Assembly: GCF_030684315.1 (NCBI RefSeq) | Contig: NC_081390.1 | Location: forward strand, 21,951,291-22,015,290 | Length of the DNA: 64,000 nucleotides | Direction: 5' to 3' | Source of the DNA: Stegostoma tigrinum | Taxonomy: Eukaryota | Shown here: positions 1 through 12,825 of the stretch, in pieces | Layout: every line of letters starts with the position of its first letter | Numbering within the stretch: position 1 is the stretch's first letter | Translations under genes and position numbers: made by a program | The notes under the pieces: generated by a model | The model's input: only the letters and a program-made list of their open reading frames with translations | The model's database searches: none | What the model was told of the DNA's origin: nothing

Positions 1-449
1 CTCTGACTGCACCACAGGAGCCAGTCAGCTTGGAGTTGGCCAACAGCAGCAAAGGGTTGATGTACTCTACAAAGGAGGTGACTCCTGAAGCTGGCCGGGC
101 TAAAGATCACAGCATGATGTATGTCTATGGGGCGCACACAGGCAATGGTTCGAGCTCAGCTACATAAAGCACTACAGCAATAAGCATTCAACTGCTGAAA
201 GGTCTACGCCTGCGCCGTTAAAGCTATATAAAAACTCATCCCCTTGCATCTGCAGTTACAGAACCGTCTAACACTTGTGCTGGCTGACCCACATTGGTCT
301 CTGCAATGGCTGCACCTGCATTTTTACTATCTTCATCCTTCTGTTCAAACCCTTCCCCGGCATTTTCTTTCCCTTCCCTTGTCCCTATAACTTCTTCCAG
401 CCTTACAAGTCTCTGCACTTTCCAAAAAGGAAAAAGGATTGAAGAGAGG

Positions 450-675
450 TCTCCTACTGTTCTAGTTAACATGCACCCCTCAATCAATATCTCTCACACT
501 CAAAAAAAGTCACTGTCACTTTTCTGTTTGAGGGAGTTTGCAGTGTGCAAATTGGCGGTTCTGTGTCACAGATCGCAGGAGGAATACAAAAGCAAATGGC
601 TTCACTGGCCGTAACACACTTTGGGATGCCCTGTGGTTGAGAGGGATGCTATATAAATGCAAATTCATCTTTCCT
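450..675 (+). mobile_element. DeuSINE (SacSINE1/AmnSINE1-like) remnant
   Basis: TTTGAGGGAGTTTGCAGTGTGCAAATTGGC and tail CTTTGGGATGCC...GCTATATAAATGCAA resemble the Deu domain and 3' end. Other remnants at about 12190-12400 (-) and 17110-17225 (+). Confidence 0.6.
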
Positions 676-1200
676 TGTTCTTCAAAAGGATACCATGGAA
701 TACTGCACATTTTTTCACAACTGCAACAGTTGGCCAATCTACTCTCTCATTCCTTCAAAACTTGATTGAAACACCAACCTTGACTGGGACGTCTGGGAGA
801 TACAGCATCTGCCTTCTACTTTAGCCTAGGAAACTATTAATATTGATTTATTAAACATTGTATACTCCTATTGAATCTGTTCCTTAAGGTTATAGTGCCA
901 GTAAGCAAGGGGCAGTTGAGATCTCTGGAGGTGGAAACCTCTGCCCTTTTGTAAACCATCCAGGTCCAGCTAAAGACCACACATTTGGGATTATGAGTCA
1001 TGACTGATTACGGAATGAGTCAACTTTCAGTGGTGGTGGGGATATGGGGGAGAACCTTGAGGGAGGCAAAGGATCCTTCAGGAAGATCAACTGTGCAGGA
1101 AAAGCAATGAATCAAACTACCTGCTACTTTCTTCTCCCTTGTCATATTGCTCACTGAATTTAAAAACGGAAGGCTCCGCTGAAGAACAAAACCTCTTTGT

Positions 1201-1495
1201 GGGCAGCATGGTGGCTCAGTGGTTAGCACTGCAGCCTCACAGCGCCAGAGACCCAGGTTCAATTCCAGCCTCGGGCAACTGTCTGTGCAGAGTTTGCACA
1301 TTGTCCCCTTGTCTGCGTGGGTTTCCTCCCACAGTCCAAAGATGTGTAGGCTGGGTGGATTGGCCATGCTAAATTGCCCATAGTGTTCAGGGGTGTGCGC
1401 GTTATGGGGGATAGGTCTGGGTGGGATGCTCCAAGGGGACGTGTGGACTTGTTGGGCTGAGGGCCTGTTTCCACGCTGTAGGCAATCTAATCTAA
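1201..1495 (+). mobile_element. HE1-type tRNA-derived V-SINE
   Basis: A box TGGCTCAGTGG, B box GGTTCAATTCC, V-domain GGATTGGCCATGCTAAATTGCC, CR1-like tail GGGCCTGTTTCCAC. Confidence 0.88.
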
Positions 1496-1914
1496 AATGA
1501 GGCACACAGAGATGCTAGGGAGGTGGCCTCTGTAATTAGTATGTTTAACACTGAACACACCGAATTAACATGACTTTTACTCAGTCAGCAATATTCCTAA
1601 GAACAACTACATTCGAAACGCCTCCCTAAGGTTTGATGGGAAGGCAGATTGTGCGGCAAGACCCAAGCAAAATGTTTGAATTCTGGTTTTGTTTATTCTT
1701 TCATGGGAAAATTTTTAAAAATTTAGCCTCTTTATTCCAAAAGCACACTTGTGATGGTCACCGTCAGCTTTGCAAAACTATTTCTCAGAAAAGGATACTT
1801 GAGCTTTCACAATTACCAAATATGCCTAAACATTCCTTTTTATTAAAAACTTAAAATGAGTAAAAAAAGAGAGTGTTAACTATTAAAAAGTTGCACATCT
1901 AATATCCCTGAGTA

Positions 1915-2965
1915 GCAGTCATATAGCACAGAAATAGACCCTTCAGTCCAAACAGTTTGTGCTGAAAATAATCCGAAAATAAACTAGCCACACCTGTCTG
2001 TACTTGGCCCATGTCCCTCCCTCCAAACTTTTCCTATTCACAAACTTATTCAAATTACTTTTAAACTGTTGTAATTGTACTACATCTACCACTTTCTCAG
2101 TTCATTCCACGGATGAAACACGCAAAAAAAAGTTGCTTCTCATGTCCTTTTTAAAGCTCTCTCCTCACTTCAAAAACATGCCCCCAAATTTTGAACTCCT
2201 CCATCCACAGGAAAAAGGCGCTTGATATTCACCTCATCTCTGCCCCTCACGGTTTTATAAGGTCACCCTTCAACCTCCTACACTCCAGAGACAAAAGTTC
2301 CAGTCTTTCCAGCCTATTTTTATATCTCAAACCCTCCATTCCTGTCAACGTCTTTTCTAATCCCTCCCCAGTTTAGTAACATCCTTTCTATAACAGGGAG
2401 ACCAGAACTGGGCACAGTGCTCCAGAAGAGGCCTCACTAATGTTAGAACATAGAACATTACAGCACAGCACAGGCCAGGCCCTTTGGCCCTCCATGTTGT
2501 GCCGACCAGTCATACCGATCTCAAGCCCATCTAACCTACACTATTCCATGTACGTCCATATGCTTATCCAATGACGACTTAAATGTACCTAAAGTTGGCG
2601 AATCTACTACTGTTGCAGGCAAAGCGTTCCATTCCCTTACTACTCTCTGAGTAAAGAAACTACCTCTGACATCTGTCCTATATCTTTCACCCCTCAATTT
2701 AAAGCTATGCCCCCTCGTGCTCGCCGTCACCATCCTAGGAAAAAGGCTCTCCCTATCTGACCCTCTGATTATTTTATATGTTTCAATTAAGTCACCTCTC
2801 AACCTCCTTCTCTCTAACGAAAACAGCCTCAAGTCCCTCAGCCTTTCCTCGTAAGACCTTCCCTCCATACGAGGCAACATCCTATGATGTTCTGCACAAC
2901 CTCAACCTAAAATCCCAACTCAAAGGTCTGAGCATTAAAAGGCAAGCATGCTAAACCCCTCTTGA
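1915..2965 (-). mobile_element. CR1-type LINE 3' fragment interrupted by a younger CR1 copy
   Basis: RT C-terminal and tail sequence on the minus strand on both sides of 2445-2886. Confidence 0.78.
2445..2886 (-). mobile_element. Young CR1 (HER1-like) LINE 3' end
   Basis: ORF 2536-2880 reads SYEERLRDLRLFSLERRRLRGDLIETYKII...FFTQRVVREWNALP (CR1 ORF2 C-terminus). (TTCTATG)n tail; ATGTT duplication at 2440-2444 and 2887-2891. Confidence 0.92.
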
Positions 2966-3212
2966 ACCACAGATTGTAGTGGCGATGTAGAGAATTACAC
3001 TTTTTTTTATTTACTTCTTCACATGCTTTGAGAAAAATTTTTGGAAGAATTGCTTAAAACAGCATTGACATTTAGGGAATTCACATTTTATCCATTCTTC
3101 CCAACAACCAGGGAAACGTACAGCTCTACTGAGAGAAAAAAAAAAACTGCAGATGTTGGAAATCAAAAACAAACAGAAATTGCTGGCGAAACTCAGCAGG
3201 TCTGGCAGCAGA

Positions 3213-3765
3213 GATAATGGGAACTGCAGATGCTGGAGAATCCAAGACAACAAAATGTGAGGCTGGATGAACACAGCAGGCCAAGCAGCATCTCAGGAGC
3301 ACAAAAGCTGACGTTTCGGGCCTAGACCCTTCATCAGAGAGGGGGATGGGGTGAGGGTTCTGGAATAAATAGGGAGAGAGGGGGAGGCGGACCGAAGATG
3401 GAGAGAAAAGAAGATAGGTGGAGAGAGTATAGGTAGGGAGGGGATAGGTCAGTCCAGGGAAGATGGACAGGTCAAGGAGGTGGGATGAGGTTAGTAGGTA
3501 GATGGGGGTGCGGCTTGGGGTGGGAGGAAGGGAATGGGTGAGAGGAAGAACAGGTTAGGGAGGCAGAGACAGGTTGGACTGGTTTTGGGATGCAGTGGGT
3601 GGGGGGGACGAACTGGGCTGGTTTAGGGATGCAGTTGGGGAAGGGGAGATTTTGAAACTGGTGAAGTCCACATTGATACCATTAGGCTGCAGGGTTCCCA
3701 GGCGGAAGATGAGTTGCTGTTCCTGCAACCTTCAGGTGGCATCATTGTGGCACTGCAGGAGGCAC
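3213..3765 (-). mobile_element. Penelope-like element 3' end (end of GIY-YIG domain + tail), nested in an older Penelope-end repeat (3130-3212 / 3766-3820)
   Basis: Reverse complement is near-identical to 21260-21850. Minus strand encodes LLQCHNDAT*RLQEQQLIFRLGTLQPNGINVDFTSF. Confidence 0.9.
3301..3340 (-). ncRNA. Minimal hammerhead ribozyme motif, intact core
   Basis: Minus strand reads tct-CTGATGA-a-GGGT(ctag)GCCC-GAAAC-GTC-agc: both catalytic boxes, helix II, a palindromic ACGT replacing helix III, and a GUC cleavage triplet. Confidence 0.72.
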
Positions 3766-5811
3766 TCCGAGGGGAGAAAGCAGAGTTAACGTTTTTTGGG
3801 CCCTGTGCCCCTTCTTTAGAGCTCTACCGTAGCCCATTGATGCTGCAGTACGGAAAACCCACTATCTTCGGATTCCTGCTAAACGCAAAAAGATAATTTG
3901 TTACCAGCTTTTAATTGGCCTTGAACTGACAGACTTCCTAGGCAAATCAGACCGATTCAGAATCAACCCAATCACTGTAGGTCTGGAGTCACTCATAAAC
4001 CACAGGGGATAAGGACAGATTTACTCCCTGAAAGGTCATCTGTAAACTCAATTACATTTTTAAAACACTGACCGCCACCAGATTCATATTCTAGACTTAT
4101 GATTTGGACGTAATTCAAATCCCATCAGTTGCTGTGAGTGGATTTGAAACCATGTCCTCAGAGTATTAGCCAGGGCTTCTGGAACACTAGACCAGTGAAT
4201 TTACCACTGTCTCCCTAACAATCCACATCCAAATCGTACATTTTTCAACCAGCGTCATTACTACACCATATTGCTAACTCTCGTCAGGAAATATAGACTT
4301 GCACCTTCCTGTTTCTTGTGTAATCGTGGATCTGCTAAATTGAAGGGTTACTCAGGGCAGCAGAGAAAGGACAACAGCTCAGCTGCAGATAAACATAGTC
4401 AGTGTTTCAGGAATGAGATTTCTAGTGGTGAACAATGTTACAGGAGTACTTTCACGATTTGGACAGCAGTCTGCAAAATTTGGAGGATAGTCAGTCAGCA
4501 CCTGACAACCAGTGGGAGACAGAGTTGGTACGCGTGTTTGTGGAACCGAAACACTGACAAGTGCAGCCTCGGTTGTTGATGGGACAGAGTGTAGTCAATT
4601 GTATAAGTCAGTCCCACTACAGGGAAGCGTAGCATTACTGGGTGGGATCAACTTCCCCTTTCTCCCTGGAATTCTGATAATCTTTCAGGCTTGTCTTTGG
4701 TCAGAATCAAGGCTGTGCAACCACAGAGTCTCTGTAATCGGCTGTTCATGTGTGGCTATGTAGGCAACTAAAAGGGGATATGAAGTACATACACAACTAT
4801 GATCTTCCACAAAGAGCTTGAGCCAAATTCCAGATTAGTGGTTTCAGAATAGCAGTAACTAATCACCACTTCTCTAATCGAAATCAAGCTTTGTGAACAT
4901 TCTGACTTACAAAACAGGCAGCAAGATGCCCTGGTGATGCCTCATTAAGTTTCATTGCATCAGTCTGTCTGTCCTTTTATTCTTAAAACTTCATTTATAT
5001 CACCCTCCCCATAATCCCTGTTTGCCTCTCCATTTTATGGATTATGGGTAGGGACTGTCATAATGCAGCAAATGGTTTGCGTACTGTAATGGGCCACACA
5101 AACACAGGCAAACAAACAAACAAAGTCAGTTCACCCTGAGCGCTGGTGGCTGCATTTCTCTTGTTTTTTTGGGAAGTTTGGGAAGAGGGAATATTGGCCA
5201 GGACACGGAGAAAATCAGCACTCCTCTGGGATTCGATGGAACTTTACTCTGCAAACAAACTGACAGACGAGGTAATCCAGACATCGAGCCTGAAGGAGAG
5301 CAAGTCCTTCCCCCAGCTCCAAGGAGTCAAACCAGATTTTGTGCTCGAGTCCTCAGAATGGGAATCAAAGACACAAGCTGCCAGATCAGAGCAGCAAGGC
5401 AAAGGAGGGTCAAGCCAGCAGAGCTGAATCTCTCCGGGGGTGGGGGGGGGGGAAGCCAACAGCTTTGGAACAGGAAAGCCTTGTCAGCGGGCAGAGCAGA
5501 TGGAGAGCACAGCCTGCTGGCCAAGGATCCTGGTAAGAGGACGCACTGGACAGAACAAGAACCCAGCAAACCGGGAAGGAAGCAGTGATTTCATTGCACT
5601 GCCTGTCAGGAGAACCAGGCATCCCGCCAAACCAGCAGGGCACCACCTATTGCCGACCTTTAGAAGTAGGAGCAGTCAGGATATCCTACAGCATCTTGTT
5701 CGATTAAATATGCCACCACATTGCTAGTGTAGTGGCAAATAACAGGATACACAGAGCTCATAGAAATCACTAACCAATTAATTTCCATTCCTCAAAATAA
5801 ATTTTTTTTCT

Positions 5812-6135
5812 TTATTCACACACAGGATGATATCGCTGGCTCGGCAGCATTTATTGCCCATCCCTAATTGCCCAGAGGGTAGTTACAAATCAACCACATA
5901 GCTGTGGGACTGGAGCCACATGTAGGCCAGACCAAGTAAGGATGGCAGTTTCCTCCCCTCAAGGACATTAGGGAACCAGATGAGTTTTTTTTTTCCAACA
6001 ATTGGCAACGGATTCATGGTCATCATTAGATCGTTAATTCCAGATATTTACTGAATTCAAATTCCACCCTCTGCTTTGGCAGGATTCGAACCCGCGTCTC
6101 CAGAACATTTACCTGGGGTCTCTGGATTAACAGGA
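5812..6135 (-). mobile_element. Second tRNA-derived SINE family (LINE-shared tail GGGCAATTAGGGATGGGCAATAAATGC)
   Basis: B box GGTTCGAATCC on the minus strand. Related copies at about 3930-4216, 7033-7315, 7840-8000, 8453-8798, 24965-25232, 32445-32733 and 47860-48235. Confidence 0.8.
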
Positions 6136-8003
6136 GACCTCCGACACTCAAGACAGTCAGAGAGAGCTTCAAAATTAACATCTCATCTGAGAGAGGACAG
6201 CACTAACAACGTAGTTTGCCTCAGTACTGTGCATTCAGGGGCTTGAGCCCACAACCTTCCCACTCACAGGCTGCAAGGCCACCGACTCAAGTGATGTCTT
6301 TGCAAACCTTGGCTGTAGCCAGTGACAGACACAGCACAGGAAGGTGCTGCAAGGGTTGAGAGCGACACTCGGGCTCTTCTCAGGGTCAAATGCGGCTTTG
6401 AAAGGATGGTGTGGGGGGGGTGGGGGAGGGAAGGAGTTGAGAAATAAACTAGCCAGAGCTAGAAACATCCAAAAGAATTTCACTGAACAAATTTAGGTCA
6501 TTTCCAACCAAAATGCTGACTTTAGGGAGTGACCAACTCACTCAAGCTCTGAACCTCTGTCTTGTGTTCTAAAAAAATTAATTAGGGGATGTGGGCACCT
6601 GCTGTGGCCAGCATTTACTGACTGTCCCTAGTCAGCCTTGAGGTAGCCGCGAGGTGAGTTGCTGACGGAGGGGGCAGTGTGTCATACTGAGCTGATACGG
6701 CAGGGGAGAGAAAAGAGAGGAGAAAGGGAAAGCATCTACTGGCACATCACATGTAGAAAACAAGAAGGAACACTTTCATGCGTTTGCTTCCTTTGTCTAA
6801 GCTTTGCCGACTCTGCAGAACTGTCCTGGAGCGTCCGGGAAATGACATTTCATCTCCAGGGTATTGCTACCAGTTAAGGAGAACAGTCAAAGCGACATTA
6901 ATAAGTGCACTTGTTCTATTTTTCAAACATTTATTGGCTCATTAAGAATTGGACAAAGGATAAAAAGGCCAATTGACTTCTAGTCGTGCATTAGGACAAA
7001 AAAAATTAATTGATTTGCTTTTATTGCCCCCTCATTCATTCACAGGGTTTGAGCATCGCCGGCTATGCCAGCACTGCCCGTCTCTATTTGTCCAGAGGGT
7101 CAACCACATTGCTGTGGTTGTGGAATCACATGTAGGCCAGACCAGGTGAGCACAGATTTCCCTCCTTAAAAAGGTCATTAGTGAACCCAATGGACTTTTC
7201 CTGACAATGGTCATCGCCTGGCTCTCACTTCCAGGTTTTCATTGAAACTAAATTCCACCCTGCGCTATGGTGGGACTCTACCCAGGGCACTGGGTAAATA
7301 GCCCAGCAACAATGCCAGTCAGTGTGAGATGGTGGGAACTTTGGGCACATGTCGTGACAGGGGACAGGAGGTCAAGGCCTCCAGGGTGACAGCCAGTCTA
7401 AGTTGGCAACTCCACCCATGCTGACTTAAACAAAGCTGATCAAATCCAGCAAGAGTGCCACCAACTGAGCTCCGCCAAGCCAAGGCGTGTGGACAAAGTG
7501 AACAAATAAAAACAGCATGGCATAATGAGAGGAGTGGGTGGTGGGGAGAGTGAACAAGAGCAGGTCAGCAATTTCAGAAGAGTAAACTCAGTCACGTGTC
7601 ACCTCAAATTCACTGCTTGACAAGATGCCACAGGTATCATTTTTACACTGGCACCAATTCAGAATTCTTTGACCAACAGTAATGGATATACCCTGCTTCT
7701 CGTCCAAACTAAGTCATCACATGGCGACAACACAGTGGATCGATTCACGTTGTACAGTGGGCATCTCAGGTTACCCTAAAGGATATACTGAAATCAGGCA
7801 ATCACAGAAAGGGAGGTGAGACCGCTTCGCACAAATCCCACTTGTTAATTCATGCGGCATGTGGGTGTCACATGGATGGAGGTTAAGTGAGGCATTGCTG
7901 AGAGTCTGGAGTTACAAGTAGGCCCAATCAAGTAAGGATGGCAGGTTCCTTTCCTAAAACACTTTTTTCCAATATTTAGGAGTGGTCATATGATCACCAC
8001 AAT

Positions 8004-8371
8004 GCAGTGGCTCAGTGGGTAGCATAGCTGCCTCACTGCGCCAGGGACCTGGGTTCGATCCCACCCTCGGGCGACTGTCTGTGTGGCGTTTGCACATTCA
8101 CCCTCTGTCTGTGTGGGTTTCCTCCGGGTGCTCCAGTTTCCTCCCACAGTCCAAAGAAGAGCAGGTTAGATGAGTCAGCCATGCTACATTGCCCACAGTG
8201 TTCAGGGATGCGCAGGCGAGGTGGGTTAGCCATGGGAAATGCAGGATTACAGAGAGAGGGGTTTTTTTTTGGGGCGGGGGGGGGGATGGCCCTGGGTGGG
8301 ATACTGTTCTGAGGATCAGTGAGGGCTCAATGGGCCAAATGACCTGCTTCCACAGTGAAGGGATTCTATGA
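8004..8371 (+). mobile_element. HE1-type V-SINE inserted in an older SINE
   Basis: A and B boxes, V-domain, tail GGGATTCTATG. Confidence 0.85.
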
Positions 8372-8452
8372 TTAGGCTAACTTTTTAAATGTCAGATTCT
8401 TACTGCATTCAAATTTCACCAGCTGCCATGGTGGGATTGTTTTCAAATTCAA

Positions 8453-8798
8453 ATTCATTCTCGGGATGGAAGAAGTCACTGGCAAGGCAGCATTTATTAT
8501 CCATCCCTAATTGCCCAGGAGGGCAGTTACAAGTCAAGCACATTGCCGTGGGTCTGTAGACACAATGGCTGGATCAAGTAAATGATGGTAGTTCCCTTCC
8601 CAGAGGGAATGAGTGAACCAGATGGGTGTTTCCTACAAACGACAATGGTTTCATGGTCATCATTAGATTCTTAATTCCAGATGTTTTGTTGATTTCAAAT
8701 TCCAAAATCTACCACGGAAAGATTTGTCCTCAGAACGTTACCTGGGTCTCTAGATTAACAGTATAGTGACACAATGCCACTAGGCCATGACTTCCTCT
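8453..8798 (-). mobile_element. Second tRNA-SINE family, near full length
   Basis: Head GGAAGTCATGGCCTAGTGGCATTG on the minus strand; body and tail as at 5812-6135. Confidence 0.78.
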
Positions 8799-10389
8799 TA
8801 TGGCGATTCTAACCCATGTCCTCACAGCAATTTTAAGGGGCTCTGGATTATCAGCCTAGTAACATTATCACTTCTTCACCACCTTATTTGTCTTGCTGCA
8901 CTTTTTAAAACAGAAAAGGAAAGCTCTCAAATTCACGTTGAGTGGCCTAGGCACATCTTGCGAGGTGAAATATCCTTGGAGCATGGAGATCTCTACGCAC
9001 CTACCAGTGATCAAAGGCACATACATTAAGTCAAAATAACCTATAATCCAGAGTTCATTAAAAACATTTAATGCATTGGCATGGGTAATGAAATCTGCAT
9101 TAATCTGCAATGCCCAGGCTTACTGGGCCTCTGGCTTGGTCTCAATAACGTCAATTTACAGCTGATGAGGTAAAGTCTGTTCCTTTTGTTTTTGAAAAGA
9201 AAGGAGTGTCCTCACACTGTACACGGCCTTGGGAGTTTGGCTGATTGTTGAGAAGAGGAAGTGGCCTTGTTTCACTTCAGGTACAGTGCATGCGGTGTGA
9301 CAGAATCACAAACGTTATGCCGCAGGAGGCATGTCATCCCAACACGGACTCTTTACCTAGCATCAGGTTGAGTCGCGATAATCCCAGGAGGACCATCAGG
9401 CTGCTCTCTCATTGCACAGAGATGACTTGACCTGGGTTTAACCTGAGGGTCACCATGCCTAGGCAAATGGAAGAGGTTCAGACGGGGAGTCCTACATGAC
9501 AAACCTCAGCTGGTGCAGGAATGGAACCCACATCCAGCCAACTGACCAAATACAGAATGCCAAGTTCCTGCTTGCTCCCTCCAGACCCTTGTGCGCAATT
9601 TCTATCAATGCCCTCTTGAATACCTCAAAATGAACATAGGGCATGAACACAGTGGAACGCACAGCCGCACAGCATGTTCGTGTCTGCCTGCCCATCTGCC
9701 TTCCATCCCCCATTTGCATGATCACTCAGGCAAAAAGCAATAGCATTTGAAATCCCAGACAGCTGGCATGCAGAAAAAATATAAACAGCTGGACACTTCA
9801 CACTGGCAGGTAAATTAACACAACACATTATGATTTGTCATCTCAAAGAGCAGATAATACCACTCCAAATCAAACAGGGTTTGTATTTATATTTATACAG
9901 CTTCTTTAATGTAGGCAAACAGCCCAAAGCACTACGGAGGAGTATGCGACAATATCTGACCCCACCTAAAGAGACAGTGGGACAAAATAAAAAGTACTTA
10001 ATGAAAAGGGGTACATTTTGAGGAACAAACTAAGTGAGAGAGAGAGATACATTAGGGACATTTAAGCGACTGACTATCGGCACATGGATGTTAGTAAAAT
10101 GAAGGGTATGAAGATTAGTTTGATCTTAGAGTAGGATAATAGGTCAGCATAACATAATGGGCTGAAGGGCCTGTATTGTGCTGTACTGATCTATGTAGTC
10201 AGGCAACGACTGATCTTGATCATGTGCATACCAAGGGGTGCTGGAGGGCTCTAAAAGGAGGAAGAGTCACTTGATGCAAAACGTTAACACTGCTTTCTCT
10301 CCACAGATGTTGCCAGACCTGCCGAGCTTTTCCAGCAATTTGTTTTTGTTAGTGCTGGATGGTCAATTGAAGATCAGAGATACCAAAAG

Positions 10390-11020
10390 CCCCTGTTCTC
10401 TCTTGAACGAGTGGAAGAGTGTGGGGATTTGGGAAGTCAGCCATTCTGCCTATTGATTCTTGCCGCCATTCATGAAGTCACAGCTGATCTGATAGTCCTC
10501 AGGTCCACTTTCCTGAGTTTAACAATAACCCTCTGTTCCATTAATGATGAAAAATCTGCCTTGAACACGATCAGTCATCCAGCCTCAATAGCTCCTTGCA
10601 GTCCCACAGATTCAGTGCCATCAGGAGAAATTCCTCACATCTTTATTGAGTGACCCCTTATTCCGAGATTACACCCTCTAGTCTTAAACTCTTGCCATTA
10701 GGGTGATAACCGCTCCACATTCACCCTGTCAAGTTCCTGGAGAACCTTATGTTTCAATAAAGTTGCTTTTCATTCTTCCAAACTCCATGGAGTACTAAAC
10801 CTCTCCTCAAAGTCTCTCCATACCCAGGATCAAGCAAGTCAACCTTCCCTGGACTGCTTCTGATATTTTTTACATTAGGGGACCAAAACTATTCAATATT
10901 CCATCTGTGACCTGACTGGTGCTGTGTATAGTTTATCACGGCATGGCTGTTTTTATACTCTGTACCCTTTTGAAACAAAAGCTAACGTTCCAGTTGCTTC
11001 TATACTACCTGAACTTGTAT
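10390..11020 (-). mobile_element. CR1 LINE 3' fragment, old
   Basis: Minus-strand CR1 C-terminus (TATGTTTCAATAAAG, GGGGACCAAAACT on the plus strand). Confidence 0.65.
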
Positions 11021-11179
11021 TGTAAGGTGTGATAAACCCAGCAGGACAGATAGAATCTGGGGGAGAATGCAAACAAGTCACTATTCCAACAGCACAAAAT
11101 GTTTATCCTCTGTTGATTCCACTGACGTCTGCTGCTTCCAACATTTTTACTTTTGTACTTTTCAAAAAAAAAGTTTTTT

Positions 11180-12090
11180 TTAATTCACTAGAGCATTCCT
11201 GTCTGGCCAGCATCTACTCCCTGTCCATATTGGCCCTAAAGATAAATGGTGAGCTGCCTTCTTCAATCGTTGTAGTCTATGTGCTGTAGGTTGGCCTACA
11301 ATGCCGTTAGGGAAGATTCCGACCCAGTGACACCGATCAAATAACGGCACAGTTTGCGGGTGGCACAGTGGCATGCACTGCTGCCTCACAGCACCAGGGA
11401 CCTGGGTTCGATTCCACCCTTGGGCAACCATCTGCGTGGAGTCTGCACACTCTCCTAATGTCTTTGTGGGTTTCCTCCGGGTCCGCCGGTTTCCTCCCAG
11501 TCCAAAGATGTGCAGATTAGATGAAGTGGCCATACTAAATTGCCCATAGGGATGTGTAGATTAGATGGGTTATAGGGGGATGTGTCTGGGTGGGTTGCTC
11601 TGAGGTTCGGCGTGGACTTGTTGGGCCGAAGGGCCTGTTTCCACACTGTAGGGATTCTATGGTACATTTCCAAGGCAGAGATGAGGAGTGGCTCAGAGGG
11701 GAGCTTGCAGAAGGTGGTGCTCTCATCTGTGCTGCTCTTGTCCTTCTAGATGGAAACGGTCATGGCTTTGGAAGGTCCTGTCCGAGGAACTTTGGTGAAT
11801 TTCTGCAGTGCATCTTGTAGATATTACACACTGCTCCTACCGAGCATCAGTGGTGCTGGGAGTGGATGGAGCACCAAACAGGCTGCTTTGTCTCGGATGG
11901 TGTTGAGCTTCCTAAGTGTTGTTGGAGCTGCACCCATCCAAGCAAGTGGGGAGTATTCCATCTGCTGACTTTTACCTTGTAGAAGGTGATAAGCTTTGCG
12001 AAGTCAGGAGGTGGGTTACTCGCCGCAGGATTCCTAGCTCTTGGGGCCATGGTATTTATACATCAAATCCAGTCAGGTTTCTGATCAATG
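11180..12090 (-). mobile_element. CR1/L2-group LINE 3' fragment (interrupted by HE1 SINE)
   Basis: Homologous to 35935-36520. Confidence 0.72.
11357..11661 (+). mobile_element. HE1-type V-SINE inserted in a LINE 3' end
   Basis: B box GGTTCGATTCC, V-domain, tail GGGCCTGTTTCCACACTGTAGGGATTCTAT. Confidence 0.85.
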
Positions 12091-12404
12091 CCTCAGGCAC
12101 GTACCAGCCATTCATCTGGAAAACAAAGGAACACAAAGTCCTCCCTTCTAACCTACTGACAAGCCTCTGCAATTAAATAAGTGCACTGACATAGTGTCTT
12201 TCCCAAGCTCAGGGCATCCTGAAGGGCTTTTACAGTCACTGGAAGCATAACCATCCTCACTATACAAGAAATATGGCAATTTGGATACAGAAGAATTCCA
12301 CATACTAAAAAACGATAACAAACAGATATTCTACGATCAGTAATGCTGTACGTGTTATAAATGTTAGTCAGGACACTGGGGAAAACCCTGCCATCATAAA
12401 AGCA

Positions 12405-12825
12405 TAACAGTGAGCTATAGAGAGAGGTGGAATATGCAGGGGCTATTTTCCCTGGAGTATCAGACACTGCAGGGCGACCTTATAGAGGTTTATAAAATCA
12501 TGAGCTGCATGGATAAGGCGAATAGCCAAAGAGGGTCTTCCCCTCACCACCACCCGACCCCTGTGGTGGGAGGTGGGTGGCAAAAATTATGGGGAATAGG
12601 TTTAAGGTGAGAGGGGCAAGATTTAAAAGGGACGCATGGGGTAACTTTTTCCACGTAAAGGGTGGTGCATGTATGGAATGAGCTGTCAGAGATGGAGGGG
12701 GAGGCTGGTACAATTACAAATTTTAAAGGCATTGGCCCATATCACACATTTATCCAATGTTGGCAAATGGGAGTGGATTAATTTAGGATCTCTAGTCAGC
12801 ATGGAGGTGTCAGACTAAAGGGTCT
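12405..12825 (+). mobile_element. CR1 LINE 3' end
   Basis: SYRERWNMQGLFSLEYQTLQGDLIEVYKIM. Confidence 0.8.

Noticed and set aside
236-487. 83-aa acidic ORF and other short ORFs in the track
   Set aside because: No recognisable homology or exon structure. Most of the short ORFs overlap SINE/LINE/PLE sequence or are of chance length.
1201-1275. tRNA genes at SINE heads
   Set aside because: The A/B boxes continue into SINE bodies and LINE-derived tails, and there is no complete cloverleaf.
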